From Borreliella garinii (GTDB lineage Bacteria > Spirochaetota > Spirochaetia > JABEVK01), in the NCBI GenBank assembly GCA_020720765.1, contig DYOB01000002.1:11039-75038 (forward strand): a stretch of 64,000 bases of DNA, written 5' to 3'. Below are positions 18,716 to 28,076 of this stretch, in pieces; within the stretch, counting starts at the first letter, position 1; the number at the start of each line of letters is the position of its first letter. The notes beneath the pieces were generated by a model. The model saw nothing but the letters and a program-made list of their open reading frames with translations, searched no databases and was not told the origin of the DNA. The position numbers and the translations under genes are program-made.

Positions 18716-21244
18716 ATGTCCGAGCTTACCCCCATGATGAAACAGTACTGGAATCTCAAAGATGCACACCCTGGTACAATACTTTTTTTCAGGTTGGGTG
18801 ATTTTTATGAAATGTTTGATGAAGACGCCAGGGAGGTCAGTGGTCTTCTTCAACTTACACTGACCCAACGCTCCGGTATACCAATGTGTGGAATTCCCCA
18901 TCATGCAGCCACTACGTATTTAAAAAAGTTACTGTCGTTCGGAAAAAAAATTGCCATTTGCGAGCAGATTTCCTCGTCCTACGGTCCTGGAAAGGGACTA
19001 TTTGAAAGGAGGGTTACGGAAATTCATACCCCGGGAACCCTAACCTCCGAAGACCTTTTGGACAATTCCGCATCATCCTACGCTATAGCACTCTACCCTG
19101 AGGCCGATCATTGGGCATTGGCAGGTTGGGATGTATCAACGGGAACATTGACATCGGGATGTTTTCAGGATACGGGAGACTATCCGAATCTTAGAAGAGA
19201 GTTTTTACGTTTGGATCCAAAGGAAGTCTTGCTTCCCGAAGGCACGCTGGAAAAATACCCTTATTTAGAAAACGTGCTTAACGGACTTAAACCGGAATTT
19301 TTACCTTTATCGTGGTTCCAGACCGATTCAGATCCAGGTTTATTTCTCAGTATTTCCCAGGTTACGGGTATTTCAACGTCCGCTCAGGAATCTCATTCTT
19401 TATTTGCTCTCTACAGGTATCTCTCCAGGGTAACGGGGAATTCACGTCCTCCTATCCACAGATTCGACAGAATACTCCCTTCGTCCAATTTGATTATGGA
19501 CGAGTCAACGATGTGGAACCTTGAGCTTGTTCAAGCCATAAGAGGTGATGGAATAAAGTCCACTCTGCTTTCAGTAATTCAAGCAACTAAAACCTCTGCG
19601 GGTTCGAGGATGCTGAGAAAGGAGATTCTTTCGCCTCCCTCGGATATCCATGTCTGCAACGTCCGTATAGATAAAACTACCTGGTACTATGAGAGATGGG
19701 AATTGATGAAGAAAGTCAGAAGTTTGATATCTGGTTTACCCGACATGGAAAGAATCTTGTCGAGATTGAGTCTTGACAGAACTACTCCGCACGATTTGCT
19801 TTCACTTGGTTGGATTTTAAAGAATATCATACTAATTCTGAGTATGCCGGAAATGGATTCAACCCTGCCTTTTCAGAAACAAAGAGCAGAGGTTATCCAG
19901 GAGCGGATCCAACAAACCCTTCACGAATCAGCGCCTCGTCAAGTACATGAAGGTCCTAGAATGCGGGAAGGTTGGGATCCTGAATTAGATGAACTGAGAA
20001 ATTTGAGTGATAACAGTCTAGCTATACTTGAAGCCTATAAGGAAGAGGAAACTAAAGTAACGGGGCTACCGTTGAAACTCAAAGAAAATCGGGTAGCTGG
20101 TTACTTCTTTGAATTAACGAAAATCAAAGCCTCGCAGATTCCCGCACATTTCATGAGAAAACAGAGTCTGGCCGGTGTCGAACGTTTTACAACACAAACG
20201 TTATTGGAGTTGGAATTAAAAATTAAACTCAGCCTTGAAAGAGCTGAACTCAGGGACCTGGAACTGTTTTATCTCATTCGCAACGAAATTCAAAACTATT
20301 TGCCTTTTCTCTTGGAAGTTTCCAATTGGTTGACCGAGGTCGATTATCATAGTTCCCTAGCCTGGGTAGCATGGGAAAAACACTATGTCCGCCCCATTCT
20401 CGTTGAAGAGCCTTTTTTGGAAATTAGAAATGGACGTCATCCTGTTGTTGAAGTCTTTCTACCCCAGGGTTCATTTGTTCCCAACGATACTGTCTTCGAT
20501 TCAGAGATACGGTTTGACATGGTAACGGGTCCCAATATGGCCGGGAAGAGCACCTATTTACGGCAAACTGCTCTGATCATACTTTTAGCGCATTTGGGTA
20601 GTTATGTTCCCGCCGAAAAAGCAGTTATAGGTTTAGCCGATAAACTTTATTGCCGGGTGGGTGCCAGCGACAACCTTTCGAGGGGAGAGTCAACCTTTCT
20701 CTTGGAAATGACGGAAACTGCCCACATTCTCCGATCAGCAACTTCCCGGAGCGTCGTCATTATGGATGAGGTAGGTAGGGGAACGGGAACCCGTGATGGT
20801 CAGTCCTTAGCGTGGGCCGTGAGTGAATATGTACTTGAAGTCATCCGCTGCCGTACGGCTTTTTCCACCCACTACCACGAACTGACCGAACTCAAGCACC
20901 CGGCCCTGAAAAACATTCACTTAGAAGTTGAAGAAAACGGAGGTGAGGTGATTTTTCTGAAAAAAGCCATTGAAGGATGCGCACGGTCAAGCTATGGAAT
21001 TCATGCAGCGAAACTCGGTGGTATCCCTGAAACGGTTCTAGCACGTGCCCAATTTTTATTACAGAATTGGTTCAAAAAAGAAGACGAGAAAAAAACCGAC
21101 TTTTCTATTACCGAATTATTTTCCCCTTTAGAGATGGCAGGTTCTGAAGTATTGGGATGGGACCTTGACTCTTTGAGTCCTCGAGAGGCTTTGAACAAAT
21201 TATTTGATTTTAAAAAGCGGTTTCAAGTACAAGCGAAAACATAA
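18716..21244 (+). CDS. mutS: DNA mismatch repair protein MutS.
   Basis: 842 aa. N-terminal mismatch-binding motif (TPMMKQYWNLK, FFRLGDFYEMF), Walker A site GPNMAGKSTYLRQ and the ABC-ATPase region DEVGRGTGTRDG. Confidence 0.95.
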   Translation: MSELTPMMKQYWNLKDAHPGTILFFRLGDFYEMFDEDAREVSGLLQLTLTQRSGIPMCGIPHHAATTYLKKLLSFGKKIAICEQISSSYGPGKGLFERRVTEIHTPGTLTSEDLLDNSASSYAIALYPEADHWALAGWDVSTGTLTSGCFQDTGDYPNLRREFLRLDPKEVLLPEGTLEKYPYLENVLNGLKPEFLPLSWFQTDSDPGLFLSISQVTGISTSAQESHSLFALYRYLSRVTGNSRPPIHRFDRILPSSNLIMDESTMWNLELVQAIRGDGIKSTLLSVIQATKTSAGSRMLRKEILSPPSDIHVCNVRIDKTTWYYERWELMKKVRSLISGLPDMERILSRLSLDRTTPHDLLSLGWILKNIILILSMPEMDSTLPFQKQRAEVIQERIQQTLHESAPRQVHEGPRMREGWDPELDELRNLSDNSLAILEAYKEEETKVTGLPLKLKENRVAGYFFELTKIKASQIPAHFMRKQSLAGVERFTTQTLLELELKIKLSLERAELRDLELFYLIRNEIQNYLPFLLEVSNWLTEVDYHSSLAWVAWEKHYVRPILVEEPFLEIRNGRHPVVEVFLPQGSFVPNDTVFDSEIRFDMVTGPNMAGKSTYLRQTALIILLAHLGSYVPAEKAVIGLADKLYCRVGASDNLSRGESTFLLEMTETAHILRSATSRSVVIMDEVGRGTGTRDGQSLAWAVSEYVLEVIRCRTAFSTHYHELTELKHPALKNIHLEVEENGGEVIFLKKAIEGCARSSYGIHAAKLGGIPETVLARAQFLLQNWFKKEDEKKTDFSITELFSPLEMAGSEVLGWDLDSLSPREALNKLFDFKKRFQVQAKT

Positions 21245-21264
21245 GTCTCCGGATTATTATAAGT

Positions 21265-21906
21265 ATGAGAATATGTCACAATGCATGCCTCGTCTGCGGC
21301 AAACTTAGTTCCGAAGCACTATGTCCTGACTGTCAAAAAGGATTAAAGAGAAGGAACAGTTCAGGATGTAAAATTTGCGGACGTATCCTTCTGGCTGAAA
21401 TAGATACTTGCTGGCCTTGCAGAAGCGCGGGGCTGGTTCTAGAAAAATTATCAGCCCCCTTTTTCTACCGAGGCTTGGGAAAGGTTTTAATGCAGGAGTA
21501 TAAATTCCATCATGGCTGGAATTTAGCAGGGTTTTGGGCTCGGGCAATGTCCTCATTTATTCCCAATACTGACTGGATAATCGTTCCTGTACCGCCCCGC
21601 AAGGTAAGCCTTGAACAACGCGGATGGGATCCCGTGGAGCGAATTTGGAAAGAACTGAAGAAGATAGGTTATAAAGGCGAGAAACTTCTCTTCAGGGGGG
21701 AAGGAAAAACCCAGAAAGGTTTGAACCGAAAAGAGCGTATGGAAAATTTGAGCGAACAATTATTCCTTCGCACTTTTGATCTCCATGATAAAATCATCCT
21801 TATCGACGACACTTTTACAACTGGGTCGACCTTAAATGCCTGTGCTGAAATCCTCGGTAAGGAGCGTCTTCTACGTATTCATGGGCTGTGCGCCACCGGG
21901 TCTTAA
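21265..21906 (+). CDS. comFC: ComF family protein (ComFC-like phosphoribosyltransferase domain).
   Basis: 213 aa. N-terminal Cys4 zinc finger (CLVCG...CPDC, CKICG...CWPC) and a C-terminal PRTase motif ILIDDTFTTGSTL. Confidence 0.8.
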   Translation: MRICHNACLVCGKLSSEALCPDCQKGLKRRNSSGCKICGRILLAEIDTCWPCRSAGLVLEKLSAPFFYRGLGKVLMQEYKFHHGWNLAGFWARAMSSFIPNTDWIIVPVPPRKVSLEQRGWDPVERIWKELKKIGYKGEKLLFRGEGKTQKGLNRKERMENLSEQLFLRTFDLHDKIILIDDTFTTGSTLNACAEILGKERLLRIHGLCATGS

Positions 21907-21909
21907 CCC

Positions 21910-21938
21910 TTGACAGAGGACAGTAGAGTTACTAAAAT
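21910..21938 (+). promoter_or_regulatory. Candidate sigma70-type promoter for the rimP-nusA-infB-rbfA-truB operon.
   Basis: TTGACA at 21910-21915, a 17-bp spacer, then TAAAAT at 21933-21938, in the 44-bp gap after comFC. Confidence 0.4.
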
Positions 21939-21950
21939 TAAATTACATTA

Positions 21951-22424
21951 TTGAAGGAAGTACAGAAGAGTCCTCGAGACTCTTTTTTCATTCTAGGAGA
22001 GGAAGTGATCGTTGATTTTGAAGAAACGCCCCTGTTTTTAGCGCTTCAAGATACCATAAAAGGCTTGGGATTCGAGATAGTGGAAGTTTCAAGCCGAGTT
22101 AAAGACACTCGAGCCCAAGTGCATCTGGTCATTTATCGTGCTGAGGGTGTCGATCACCAGGGTTGCGCTATGGTGGGTAGGGGAGTTACCACGACTTTAG
22201 AAGATTTTTTTGAGTCCAGGGACGTGCATTTGGAAGTTTCAAGCCCGGGTTTGGAAAGACAAATAAAAACCTGGCGTGAGTTTGCCGTGTTTTCAGGGCT
22301 ACCCGCTAAAATTTTCAGGCGGGGTGGAGATTGGGAATCTGTTACAATAGGGCAGGATCTTGTCAAAACAGATATCATTAAAGCAAGACTCGATAGATTG
22401 GGAGAGGGCATATTGAATGACTGA
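21951..22424 (+). CDS. rimP: Ribosome maturation factor RimP.
   Basis: 157 aa with the RimP signature LEVSSPGLER and a C-terminal Sm-like region. The TTG start at 21951 is uncertain; an in-frame GTG after the AGGAGAGG at about 22002 is an alternative. Confidence 0.8.
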   Translation: MKEVQKSPRDSFFILGEEVIVDFEETPLFLALQDTIKGLGFEIVEVSSRVKDTRAQVHLVIYRAEGVDHQGCAMVGRGVTTTLEDFFESRDVHLEVSSPGLERQIKTWREFAVFSGLPAKIFRRGGDWESVTIGQDLVKTDIIKARLDRLGEGILND

Positions 22425-23883
22425 AATTATGGAAGCCGTGCGTGGGATAGCTCAGGAAAAGGGAATTTCACTTGAATTGGTTCGACAAGTTATCAACGAA
22501 TTCATGAAAGCAGCGTATAAAAAAAGATTCGGCACAGATGAAAATGCAGAAGTTGAAGTTGATGACCTTACAGGTTCGGTGAAAATTCTTTCAAGAAAAG
22601 TCGTTGTCGATGACGATGACCTTTATGATCCGGTTTCGGAAATCGAGCTCAGTCAGGCTAAACTTACAAATGAAAATTCGAAGATCGGGGACTTTGTACT
22701 TATAGAAGTTGATACCAATGATTTTGACCGTATGGCGGTTTTCAGCGCCAAACAAAAGGCTAAACAGTTTCTCCGTGATATTCAAAAAGATACCTTGTAC
22801 TCAGAATTTAAAGACAAGGTGAATGAAATCATCATCGGTTACCACCGCAGGGAAAAAAATGGTACAATTTTTATCGATCTAGGAAAGACGGAAGGGGTTT
22901 TGCCTAAAAAGAACCAAAGTCCAAGGGAAGTTTACAGAGCTGGAGACAGGATTAAGACCCTCGTTCAGGAAGTTAAGAAAACCCCGCTTGGACTTCAGAT
23001 ACTTTTAACCCGCAGGGATCCTGAATTTGTAAAAAAACTTTTTGAGCTTGAAGTACCTGAAATCAATGAAGGGGTAGTACTCATTCAGAAAATTGTTCGG
23101 GAAGCGGGCTACAGGACTAAAATTGCTGTAAAATCTACAAAAGAAGACGTCGATCCCGTGGGTGCCTGCGTTGGGCTCAAAGGATCGCGAATTCAAAATA
23201 TCATGAAAGAACTCGAAGGAGAAAGGATTGATATTCTCCGCTATGATCCGGATCCCAAAAGCTATATCCAAAATGCGCTTTCTCCAGCTAAGGTTCTTCA
23301 AGTTATAGTACTGGATCAATCGAAAAAGAACGCACTCGCCATAGTCAGCGAATCAGATTTGAGTTTGGCCATCGGTAAAATGGGATCCAATGTTAAACTT
23401 GCCAATAGGCTTGTTGATTGGAACATCGATGTACGTACAGAGGAACAGTTCGCTGAAATGGACGTCGGACAAGAGTACCGGGCCGCTGCGGAAGGGTTGT
23501 TTATGGAAAATGAGGAAGAAAACCTTATTTCCAAGATTTCAGAACTCGAAGGAATCCCGGAGAGAGTAGTAGACATTCTTACGCAGAATGGTATTGTTCT
23601 TATTGAGAGCCTTATTAATGTTACTAAGGAAGACCTTGAAAAGATCAACGGTTTAACAGCCCAGGATGTTCAAGGCCTTATGCAGGTGCTTGAGGAGAAT
23701 GTAGAAATCAGCTACGAGGAAGGTGCGAACGAGGCGGCCGGCCTTGAGGAAGAAGCTGAGGAAGAAGACGAGTATCAGTGTCCCGAGTGTAATCACGCAG
23801 TTACTATCGGTATGACAAATTGTCCTAATTGCGGTGTTGGTTTGAGTTTTGAGTTTGGAGAAGAGGAAGAAGTCGAGGAATAA
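22417..23883 (+). CDS. nusA: Transcription termination/antitermination factor NusA, with an unusual acidic tail plus C-terminal Cys4 zinc ribbon.
   Basis: 488 aa. S1 and two KH domains (VDPVGACVGLKGSRIQNIMKEL), one HhH/AR-like repeat, then an acidic stretch and CPECNH...CPNCG. Confidence 0.9.
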   Translation: MTEIMEAVRGIAQEKGISLELVRQVINEFMKAAYKKRFGTDENAEVEVDDLTGSVKILSRKVVVDDDDLYDPVSEIELSQAKLTNENSKIGDFVLIEVDTNDFDRMAVFSAKQKAKQFLRDIQKDTLYSEFKDKVNEIIIGYHRREKNGTIFIDLGKTEGVLPKKNQSPREVYRAGDRIKTLVQEVKKTPLGLQILLTRRDPEFVKKLFELEVPEINEGVVLIQKIVREAGYRTKIAVKSTKEDVDPVGACVGLKGSRIQNIMKELEGERIDILRYDPDPKSYIQNALSPAKVLQVIVLDQSKKNALAIVSESDLSLAIGKMGSNVKLANRLVDWNIDVRTEEQFAEMDVGQEYRAAAEGLFMENEEENLISKISELEGIPERVVDILTQNGIVLIESLINVTKEDLEKINGLTAQDVQGLMQVLEENVEISYEEGANEAAGLEEEAEEEDEYQCPECNHAVTIGMTNCPNCGVGLSFEFGEEEEVEE

Positions 23884-23890
23884 TTCAATA

Positions 23891-26533
23891 ATGTCAGATA
23901 AAACAAATGCAGAACAGCCGACGTTAAACAACGACCCAGAGAAAAAAAAGGTCGTAGTTGTAAAGCCCAAGGTTGTTAAAAAAAAGGTTGTCGTTCATTC
24001 GCGGCCTACAGAAACTAAAGAGTCACCTCCGCAAGAAAAAGCACCTCAGGTTCATGCTCCTGAAACTCAAGAAAAGGAAGCAGTTGTCCAAGCCCTGCGT
24101 CCAGAATCTAAAACCATAAGGCCGTCACCGAGGGAGCCCAATCCTTTCGGCCCACCTGGAGGTCAGGAAAGCGGACCTCGTCCCATAAGGCCGTCACCGA
24201 GAGAAAACTACCAAAGGCCCGAATACGGCAGACCTCCCCAACAGGGCACTACAGGTGACAGCCGTTACCCACCCAGGGACAGGGGAGCGCCACCAAAACA
24301 AGGCGCTTACAGACCTGGCCCAGGTGGCCCCCGTCCTGCCGGTGATAGTGGTCACCCAAACCGCTATCCACCGCGTCAGGGTGATAGCGGCCCTGCATCT
24401 TTTAATAGAGCGAACCCAGGAGCATATAATAGGTCGGGACCTCCTTCCGGCCCCGGTGGATACAATCGTTCCGGTCCTGGTGCAGGCGGCGGGTACAATA
24501 GATCGGGACCTCCTTCAGGCCCTGGCGGGTACAATCGTTCCGGGCCTCCATCCGGACCGGGTTCACGGCCTTACGGTCCTAGACCGCCCCGTCCTAACGG
24601 TCCTGCTCCCACAGCACCTGGTGCGGATCAACCCAAAAAGTTCCGATCAAAGAAGAACAAATCGGTAGATAAAGAAAGAGCACTCACGAAAGAGAAGTAT
24701 GAAGAGAAAGAGAGAGTTGAAAAACTCAGTCATTTCCGGAGACAACAGGCACAGAAGGCAAACCCCATACCCAAGGAAATTGAAATCCTCGAGGTGATCA
24801 CCGTCGCCGAGCTCGCAAGAAAAATGAACCTCAAAGTCACCGATCTCATTACAAAACTCATGAAGATGGGGCTTATGGTCAGCATTAACCAACAGATTGA
24901 CCACGAAACCGCTGCGATTCTTGCTGCTGAATTCGGAACCGAAGTTAGGGTCATATCACTCTATGACGAAACTTTGATCGAAAGCGACGTTGAGAATCCC
25001 GACCGCGTCGTGCATCGTCCACCTATTGTTACAATTATGGGGCACGTAGACCATGGTAAAACCAAACTCCTCGATGCGATACGCAGTGCAAATGTTGCCG
25101 GCGGTGAACACGGGGGAATCACCCAGCATATCGGTGCTTACCAAGTCCGACACGCAAAAGGTTCCATAACGTTCCTGGATACACCGGGTCACGAGGCTTT
25201 TTCCATGATGAGGGCCCGTGGTGCACAAATCACGGATATTGTAGTACTCGTCGTGGCTGCAAACGATGGAGTTATGCCGCAAACTGTTGAAGCTATTCGT
25301 CACGCCCAGGACGCAAAGGTCCCCATCATTGTCGCTATTAATAAAATCGACCTTCCGGATTCTAACGTGGACCGTATCAAACAACAGCTCGCAGAGTTTA
25401 ATCTTTCACCAGAAGACTGGGGCGGTTCCACTCTTTATGTGGAAATCTCGGCACTTAAACGCACAGGTCTTGATACCCTTATCGATGTCATCCTTCTACA
25501 AGCCGAAGTCATGGAACTGACAGCCGATCCTGGAAGGCGCGCAGAGGGCAAGGTCCTCGAAAGCCGGATAGACCAGGGCAGGGGGACAATTTCTACGGTA
25601 CTTATCGAACACGGTACACTTAAAATCGGCGATCCCTTTGTGGGAGGTATTTTCCCTGGAAGGGTTCGAGCAATGTTTAATGACCTAGGACAGGCTATTA
25701 CCGAAGCCGGACCTTCTACACCCGTGGAAATCATGGGCTGTGAAGGTATTCCTAATGCCGGCGACCCGTTCCAAGTAACCGACTCCGATAAAGAGGCCCA
25801 TGAATACGCAGATAAGCGTCAGGAATTAAAACGTCAAGAAGAGGGGAAGAATGTGAAAAAAATCACCCTCTCCAACCTTTATGACACGATCCATGACGGA
25901 AATATCCAGGAGCTTAAGGTTATTATCAAAGGCGATACCCACGGGTCTGTTGAAGCCCTCAAGGGAGCTCTTACTAAACTCAGTACCTCTGAAATTCGCC
26001 TGAACGTGCTCCATTCGGCCGCAGGACCCATAGTGAGAGACGACGTTTACCTTGCGGCCGCTTCCCAAGCCATTATTATTGGATTTCACGTGAGACCCAG
26101 TACTGAAGCCCAGCAAGCTGCGGATCAGGAGAAGGTCGAGATAAGAAAGTACAATATTATCTACGACGCTGTTGAAGATATCCGGACAGCTATGGAAGGA
26201 CTATTAGCCCCGGACCTGAAAGAGGAAGCTACGGGAACCGCCGAGGTGCGTGAAACCTATAAAGTACCCAAAATTGGACTAATAGCAGGTTGCCACATCA
26301 CACGCGGTAAGGTGAAGAAAACTTCACAAGTACACGTTGTCCGTGACGGTATACAGATTCACACCGGTAAGCTGAGTTCCCTTCGACGTTTCAAAGACGA
26401 CGCGAAGGAAGTAGCTGAAGGTTACGACTGCGGTATCGGAATCGAAGATTTTCAAGATATTCAAAACGGAGATATCATCGAGGCTTTCGATGTGATAAAA
26501 ATCGCTAAGAAGTTAGAAAAGAGTGCTCCATGA
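23891..26533 (+). CDS. infB: Translation initiation factor IF-2.
   Basis: GTPase motifs ([21 protein letters not shown]) and a C-terminal IF2 beta-barrel. The N-terminus is a Pro/Gly/Arg-rich low-complexity region with tandem repeats. Started at MSDKTN at 23891; the ORF from 23849 overlaps the nusA tail. Confidence 0.95.
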   Translation: MSDKTNAEQPTLNNDPEKKKVVVVKPKVVKKKVVVHSRPTETKESPPQEKAPQVHAPETQEKEAVVQALRPESKTIRPSPREPNPFGPPGGQESGPRPIRPSPRENYQRPEYGRPPQQGTTGDSRYPPRDRGAPPKQGAYRPGPGGPRPAGDSGHPNRYPPRQGDSGPASFNRANPGAYNRSGPPSGPGGYNRSGPGAGGGYNRSGPPSGPGGYNRSGPPSGPGSRPYGPRPPRPNGPAPTAPGADQPKKFRSKKNKSVDKERALTKEKYEEKERVEKLSHFRRQQAQKANPIPKEIEILEVITVAELARKMNLKVTDLITKLMKMGLMVSINQQIDHETAAILAAEFGTEVRVISLYDETLIESDVENPDRVVHRPPIVTIMGHVDHGKTKLLDAIRSANVAGGEHGGITQHIGAYQVRHAKGSITFLDTPGHEAFSMMRARGAQITDIVVLVVAANDGVMPQTVEAIRHAQDAKVPIIVAINKIDLPDSNVDRIKQQLAEFNLSPEDWGGSTLYVEISALKRTGLDTLIDVILLQAEVMELTADPGRRAEGKVLESRIDQGRGTISTVLIEHGTLKIGDPFVGGIFPGRVRAMFNDLGQAITEAGPSTPVEIMGCEGIPNAGDPFQVTDSDKEAHEYADKRQELKRQEEGKNVKKITLSNLYDTIHDGNIQELKVIIKGDTHGSVEALKGALTKLSTSEIRLNVLHSAAGPIVRDDVYLAAASQAIIIGFHVRPSTEAQQAADQEKVEIRKYNIIYDAVEDIRTAMEGLLAPDLKEEATGTAEVRETYKVPKIGLIAGCHITRGKVKKTSQVHVVRDGIQIHTGKLSSLRRFKDDAKEVAEGYDCGIGIEDFQDIQNGDIIEAFDVIKIAKKLEKSAP
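24425..24565 (+). repeat. Imperfect tandem repeat of about 33-36 bp, four copies, inside the infB 5' region. It encodes [12 protein letters not shown] units.
   Basis: The unit tacaatcgttccgg(g/t)cct...ggcgg(g/t) recurs head-to-tail. Separately, an 18-bp exact direct repeat cataaggccgtcaccgag occurs at 24115-24132 and again at 24184-24201, encoding IRPSPRE twice. Confidence 0.7.
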
Positions 26534-26880
26534 CGGAAGTTCGTCAGCACAAATTGGAGAGCGTGATCCAACACGAGGTTTCCCAGATGATTATGTCAGA
26601 AATCATCAAAGACCCTCGTGTCGGAAACCATCTTGGAATTAAACAGGTCGAATTGAGCAAGGACGGCAGTTTAGCCAAACTATGGATCAGCACCTACCTG
26701 GATCCTGAAAATTTGACCCAGGGAGTGGAGGGACTGAACCACGCTTCTGGTTTCCTTACACACCAGCTTGCTAAAAAACTTGATCTAAAAATCCTGCCTA
26801 AGCTCTTTTTTATTCCTGATGAGAGCATAAAAAAAGGGATGGAACTCAACCGAAAAATAGACGAACTTCTGAGTTCATGA
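26530..26880 (+). CDS. rbfA: Ribosome-binding factor A.
   Basis: 116 aa with an RbfA KH-like fold pattern (RVGNHLGIKQVELSKDGSLAKLWIS). Overlaps the infB stop by 4 nt. Confidence 0.85.
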   Translation: MTEVRQHKLESVIQHEVSQMIMSEIIKDPRVGNHLGIKQVELSKDGSLAKLWISTYLDPENLTQGVEGLNHASGFLTHQLAKKLDLKILPKLFFIPDESIKKGMELNRKIDELLSS

Positions 26881-27734
26881 TACCACAGAGGCTCATCCTC
26901 TACCCCAAGCCGCTCGGGGTTACCAGCTTTGAAAGTCTATATCTCTGGAAAAAAAAGCTTCAAACCAAAAAACTCGGGCATACTGGTACTTTGGATAAAT
27001 TTGCAAGCGGACTTCTAATTCTCCTCACCGGTTCGATGACCAGATTGACAGATGAAATTCATCTTTTGGAAAAAGAATATATTGCTAAAATGAAACTTGG
27101 CGAAGAAACCGACACTCTCGATACGGAGGGCACTGTAATCAGGACGGCTCCAGTGCCGACAAGGTCAGATTTAGAAAAATCTATACCAGGATTTCTTGGT
27201 GTCAGGCAACAAAAACCACCCGAGTATTCAGCGATTAAAATTGATGGCAAACGTGCAAGCGATAGAGTGAGAGACGGAGAAGATGCTATAATTAAATCAA
27301 GGGAAGTCCGCCTTGATTCAATGGAAATCCTTGATCATCACAAAGATTCAATTACTTTTCGAATAGTTTGCGGCTCAGGTTACTATGTTAGATCGCTTGC
27401 GAGGGATTGGGCTGCTGCATCAGGAAGCGCTGGATACCTTACAGAGCTTATCAGAACACGAATCGGACCCTTTTCACTTAAGCACGCATTCGAGCACGAT
27501 AGCCAAGGTTTTCCGATGGAGAGCTGGGAGGCATTTCAATATCTACCTGGATGGGACCGTTTAATACTCGATACCGAAGGAGTTAGAGATACAGGTCTAG
27601 GAAGGATTCCTCAAGATGTTTACCGGGTTCGGGGCGATAAAGCCGCGGTTTTTAATGCCGACCATGTTTGGCTTGGTGCGTTTCATCGCATAGAAGATAC
27701 TTGGAGTTTTATCTGCTCAGTGCCCGTACATTGA
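26877..27734 (+). CDS. truB: tRNA pseudouridine(55) synthase TruB.
   Basis: TruB catalytic motif GHTGTLDKFASGLLILLTG with the catalytic Asp, followed by a PUA-like C-terminus. Confidence 0.9.
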   Translation: MIPQRLILYPKPLGVTSFESLYLWKKKLQTKKLGHTGTLDKFASGLLILLTGSMTRLTDEIHLLEKEYIAKMKLGEETDTLDTEGTVIRTAPVPTRSDLEKSIPGFLGVRQQKPPEYSAIKIDGKRASDRVRDGEDAIIKSREVRLDSMEILDHHKDSITFRIVCGSGYYVRSLARDWAAASGSAGYLTELIRTRIGPFSLKHAFEHDSQGFPMESWEAFQYLPGWDRLILDTEGVRDTGLGRIPQDVYRVRGDKAAVFNADHVWLGAFHRIEDTWSFICSVPVH

Positions 27735-27759
27735 CTTTTATCTCCTGATAAGTATTATA
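27731..27759 (+). promoter_or_regulatory. Candidate sigma70-type promoter for rpsO-pnp.
   Basis: TTGACT at 27731-27736, a 17-bp spacer, then TATTAT at 27754-27759. An AGGAGAA ribosome-binding site sits about 10 nt before the rpsO ATG at 27794. Confidence 0.45.
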
Positions 27760-27793
27760 ACTTGTTCAAACAAAGAGAGGAGAATTAAGCAAT

Positions 27794-28063
27794 ATGGCCA
27801 TCACACAGGACCAGAAGAAGGGAATAATACTTGAATATGGCGGGTCGGCGCTGAACACTGGAACAACGGAAGTTCAAGTAGCGCTTTTAACCGCAAGGAT
27901 CAATGATCTACAAGGTCATTTTAAAGAACACAAACACGATCACCACAGCAGAAGAGGCCTTTTAAAGTTAGTTGGTCAGAGACGCAGGCTTTTACGCTAT
28001 TTCAGTAAAATGAACCTGGAAGGATATCGTTCGTTGATCGGAAAGCTCGGCATCCGCAAATAA
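27794..28063 (+). CDS. rpsO: 30S ribosomal protein S15.
   Basis: 89 aa, a typical S15 ([51 protein letters not shown]). Confidence 0.95.
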   Translation: MAITQDQKKGIILEYGGSALNTGTTEVQVALLTARINDLQGHFKEHKHDHHSRRGLLKLVGQRRRLLRYFSKMNLEGYRSLIGKLGIRK

Positions 28064-28076
28064 TATAAGGAAAAAC

